A stretch of DNA of 64,000 nucleotides from Octopus bimaculoides (taxonomy: Eukaryota): the NCBI RefSeq assembly GCF_001194135.2, contig NC_068984.1:128141518-128205517 (forward strand), in the 5' to 3' direction. This document shows positions 59,386-64,000 of this stretch, one piece after another (position 1 is the stretch's first letter; the number at the start of each line of letters is the position of its first letter). The notes under the pieces were generated by a model that was not told where the DNA came from, did no database searches, and saw only the letters and a list, made by a program, of their open reading frames with translations. The translations under genes and the position numbers were made by a program.

Positions 59386-62300
59386 GGTAACAATCTGGCA
59401 GAAATGTTACCATGCCAGGCAAAATGCTTAGCGGTATTTCATCTGCCATTACATTCTGAGTTCAAATTCCACTGAGGTCGACTTTGCCTTTCATCCTTTC
59501 AGGGTCGATTAAATAAATACCAGTTATGCACTGGGGTCGATGTAATCAACTTAATCCCTTTGTCTGTCCTTGTTTGCCCCCTCTATGCCTTTGGGCAATA
59601 AAGAAATAAATATATAAGTTGATGTGAAAAGTTCTACTCCGTTTGATACAAACTCAAGATATGAGGAAGGTTAAAAGATGGAAGAAAAATAATATTGAGG
59701 AAATATTTATCAGAACCTCAACATTCTTTATAGTTCTTTTTAATCCTTTTTTTTTCTTTCTTTAGATCATGATTATCCATAGCATTATCAAAAAAAACGA
59801 AAAGTTATGTCTATAAACTGACTGACATTCAGACAGAATCACATGTCAGGTGAGAAACAATGTCACACAAAGACAAGTATCATTACACAACAAACACACA
59901 CACACACACACGCACACATATATATATATATATTATATACACACAGAGACACACACACAAACATACATACATACACACATTAATGCATTTCTATTCTAAT
60001 ATTTGCAACAGGAATTTCAGAGGAATTAGTTACATATAAATTTAAAGAAATTATTTGAAATTCTAAGAAATGATATAGAAATACTTTGTTTTAACACTCC
60101 AAAAATAGAAGTTATGACAAAAACTTTTACAAAAATATTCAGGTTACAATATATAGTTGAGAGAAACTTTAGTTTCCTTACTGAGATGATGGAAGAAAAA
60201 TAATCTTTTCCAAATTATAAGATGATTTATTGTTCACTTTGGCTTTTATGTAATGTAATTTGATGAAAATTCCATAACCACCCCAACCCCATATTTTTCC
60301 CCATACACACACTCAAATCATAAATACATCATAAGATATAAAAAGAAACCTTGCTAAGTTACAAGTTCTATACATACAGAACCTGGAAAATGTTTCCAAT
60401 AAAATGAAAAAAGAAAAAGAAATACAAAACAATAATGAAACACTGAGCTGAAAGTTTAAAAGTCACAACCTAGAAATACACAATACCAGTGAAATATGCA
60501 AACAGGCCACCTTAGTAGATTCTGTTACAATTCAGGCATAAAAACATTCAAATTATTTCAAAATATATTTGCAGAAATGTCATTAAATCTAGTATTTTTT
60601 TCTCTCTTTAACAAGTCTGAAATTGGCAGGGAGCCCTCTTGATTCCAACCTGCCTGAGACCACACTTGGTTTCATGATACAAAATCTCGTTTTGATATGC
60701 TTATATTCAAACGAAACCTTTCATCATAATTTTATATACGAACATCTTATGATGTTCCAACCACCAGCTTAACAATGAAGTCAGATATCTTACTATATCT
60801 CTCTAAATGTTTCATTATTTTCAAAATAATTGAAACATACAGGCAGTGTATTACTTAATAAATATGGTCACAAAAGGGTTAATATTTCTCAGATAATTCA
60901 ACTAGATTAAAACACAATTACACTCTCAAAAGAAAGCTGAACCAAAACCAATAGTTTCAGTAATCGTTGGCACATGTTACCAGCAAATTTGTTCATCTAC
61001 AAGGGATTTCTGTGTCAGCACCAAAGAATCCATTACAATTTTGTTTTCAATAGTTTGGTACATTTCTTTTAAATTATTTCAATTTCTGTTTGCAATGGTC
61101 CAAACTACTATTATTTCTACTACATCTTTTCTAATAAACAAACAAACAAACAAAAAAAAACATGAAAATCCACAACAAAAATGCCATAAAGAATACAATT
61201 TGTAATGAATAAAAATGTCTGATGTTCCATGAAAACAGTTAATGATGTTAATGAAACTTCTGGTGCAAAGGAAGTTTTTTTAGCTACATTTACACATCTT
61301 TGATCACACATATACATCTAATTTGGCAGGAAGAAATCACAATGACATAGAGAAAGAGGAAATATAATATTGTTTCTTTAGAAAACACCCAAAACTTTGA
61401 CTAAATTGAAAATAAATCTTGTAAATTTCTGTGGAGTTAAATATTTTAAAATAAAAAAATGTTTATGTGAATATTAAGGGGAAAGAACTTATAGCATGCT
61501 GGCATGCCTCAAAAATCGTTAGAGAGAGATTTCCCAGCACCCCAAAATTTTCAACCTAAGGGGGTGAATTGTTTTTGTTTTCTTCTTCTTCTTCTCGCAC
61601 TTATGTATATATTTATGTATAAATAAAACTACCCTTATCGCTTATTCAGTTATTTAAGAAATTAAAAATATGACTACTGTTTTATATTTTATTTTACTTT
61701 TAATATGATCACTTTCTGAGCATTATTCTATGTATTGTTCATGCATTCTCGACTACATTTTCTAATGAGTTTCTAATATGCATCTGAGCACCACATACAA
61801 TAATTTCATTGTTGTTTTATTATGTTGAAAAGAATGGAGCTCAGTTTTCCTGAGAAATGATCAAAGTTGTAACATCATTTTAAAATGGAATCTAAAGGAA
61901 GAGATGTTAATTTCTTTTTTCTTTTTTATTTAGGAAATCAGGTTCAATAGCTAAAATATACTCTAAGAGTGAGAAAGTGGGAGCAAGGAAACATTTTTCT
62001 AATAATGGAATTTGCATTAAAAAATTTCCTCTAATTAGTCTTTCTATTACATGCACAGGACCTGAAATTTTGTTGGAGGAAGCTAGTCGACCCCAGTGCT
62101 CAACTGCTACTTATTTTATCAACCCTGAAAAAATGTAAAGCAGAGCCAGCCCCAGCAGAGTTTGAAAGAATGTAATGTCCAGAAGAAATGTTGTTAAGCG
62201 TTTTGTCTGATACAGTATCAAGTCTGCCAGATTATTGCCTTAAAATTTGTTCCAGTTATGAAATGTATTTTGTCTGACTGTTACTGAAAATAATATAGGT

Positions 62301-63489
62301 CATTATAACCATGGTTTTCAGAACACATTTGGATTTGATTGATTCTTGAGATAACTGAAGAAAGGTTGTCACACAGCAGGGTTAAAGCAGCTCCAAGCGA
62401 ATAGCAACAACTATAAAACTCAACACACTAATAAAAATTAATAAGCTTTTCAGTACATAATTTGAACTAAAAATTGTCTGTTAGGCTAAATATGTATTGG
62501 CACCAGTTTGTAATATAGTTGAGCTTTCATCAGGAGAAACCTGAAACTGCCTACAAACATGGGAATTAAAGCAATGGCAGTACACTACAACAACTGCAAA
62601 ATGTATTCCTTCAAAAACACTACTACTACTACTACTACAACCACTACATAAAACAACAAATCTTCTGCTCTTCAGTTTGAACCTAGTCACTTGGTAACAC
62701 GTCTAAAGGAGTTACATAAGAAAACCGATTCATATCAACTAAAATGTAATCAGTCATGAGTGATGAATGATAAGATTTATGATTTGTGAAAGCATGAATT
62801 TTGGGCAACACAATTTATGGATTATGGAGTCCAGCAGTTAGTACGATAAGTGTTAGCTAATACAACATCACAAGGATAATAAGAATTTTGAGGAAATGCA
62901 CTGTTTTGATATAAGTTTAAATATATATTTTGCAACATTTGACTTTGGAAAACGCACAGGAATAATTACACACACACATTAATACATTACATATACATAT
63001 AGTAACGATATTTTACATATACACATCATATAGTAAGAATAGATTATGCACACATAGAGTAACAATACATTAAACACTAGCAACACATTTCTTATAATTC
63101 CTATCCTAGCATCTACGAAAAGAAAGAGGCTTTGGATAATGTTGTCCTAGGTGTACGGTGTCTATGGAAAAGACAAAATAGTTACAGCTGGAATAAATTA
63201 TGCTATATTTATAAGCAACTGAAAAAGAATCCCATTATCTAAAGTAAACAAATTTTTACCCCAAATCCGCGCAAAATAATGATAAATACACACTATTTAA
63301 TTTTACTAGTTGTCTCCCTTGCTCCTCAACTCTATTTTTCAATACTATATTTCTTTTCTCATGACCATTATTCTTTCTGCAACGCACACACGCACGCACA
63401 CGTTTTGTATTATATATTCCTGTCGTTTACTGCTGCCATTGTCAGACACAGTGCCATCGTGGATGGAAGTATGGCAGAGAACTGGTCAA

Positions 63490-63588
63490 TTAGTCAGTCC
63501 CCTCGTCGTCCATGTCATCTTTGCTGCCGTCTCCAGCTCCGTCAGATTCTATGTCATCTGGGTTGGAAGATTTGTTACGACGATCAGC
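63490..63588 (-). CDS. Last coding exon of an unidentified convergent gene (ADRRNKSSNPDDIESDGAGDGSKDDMDDEGTD*)
   Basis: Strong acceptor TATTTTCTTTTTGCAG| on the - strand, a GC-rich acidic phase 0 frame ending in TAA, and U-rich UTR-like sequence downstream. The upstream exons are outside the window. Confidence 0.7.
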   Translation of the reverse strand, partial: ADRRNKSSNPDDIESDGAGDGSKDDMDDEGTD

Positions 63589-64000
63589 CTGCAAAAAGAA
63601 AATACAGAAACTTAATGATACAATTTCAATAAAAATCATGTTTGATGAAAATGTTGTTATAATTAGCTCAGATTTTCAGAACATTAAAGTGAAAGAGTAT
63701 TTGAAAACGCTAAGTAATAAGGGTATCCTCCAAATATTAATAATGGTTTCCTTCTATCAGAACAAAAGACCTATAATCTAAAGAATGGGATATACTTCCA
63801 AGAATGTATGGTTGTTACATCTAGCCACTCTTGAAAAAGTTTGTAGAACTCGTTCAGGATAAGCCAAATAATTAACCTTGATGTAGAAAGTTGTTTAACG
63901 ATGTTCTAATCGACAAAGCAACTTTCTGTATAAATTCTCAAGCATGACCAATTGAGACTATGGATATTATCCAACCATCTCATTCTTAGTCTATCTACCC

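Overview
AT-rich eukaryotic DNA, dense in microsatellites and SINEs, with several N gaps. The SINE families and repeat style suggest an octopus genome (inference). One near-complete + strand gene is supported: a SMIM29/C3orf18-family single-pass membrane protein of 150 aa, with coding exons 18722-18958, 21557-21582, 28005-28134 and 42373-42432. It has a likely promoter near 8.8 kb carrying an ETS-CRE composite motif and a probable uORF-rich 5' UTR. A convergent - strand gene is seen only as its last coding exon (63490-63588). The rest is mostly decayed mobile elements: two tail-to-tail Gypsy-like copies, Tigger/pogo, three mariners, Tx1/L1, RTE, CR1-like and R4/Dong-like fragments, piggyBac-like and Tc1-like MITEs, a Helentron-type fragment and at least four SINE families. 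The most notable unexplained signal is a set of decayed minimal type I hammerhead-ribozyme motifs of the Penelope-like-element type. Four sit in the arms of two long inverted repeats (35.1/36.9 kb and 57.5/58.0 kb) and several have a CCGA(T/A)GA core variant. None is fully intact. All calls were made by eye; no database search or folding program was run.
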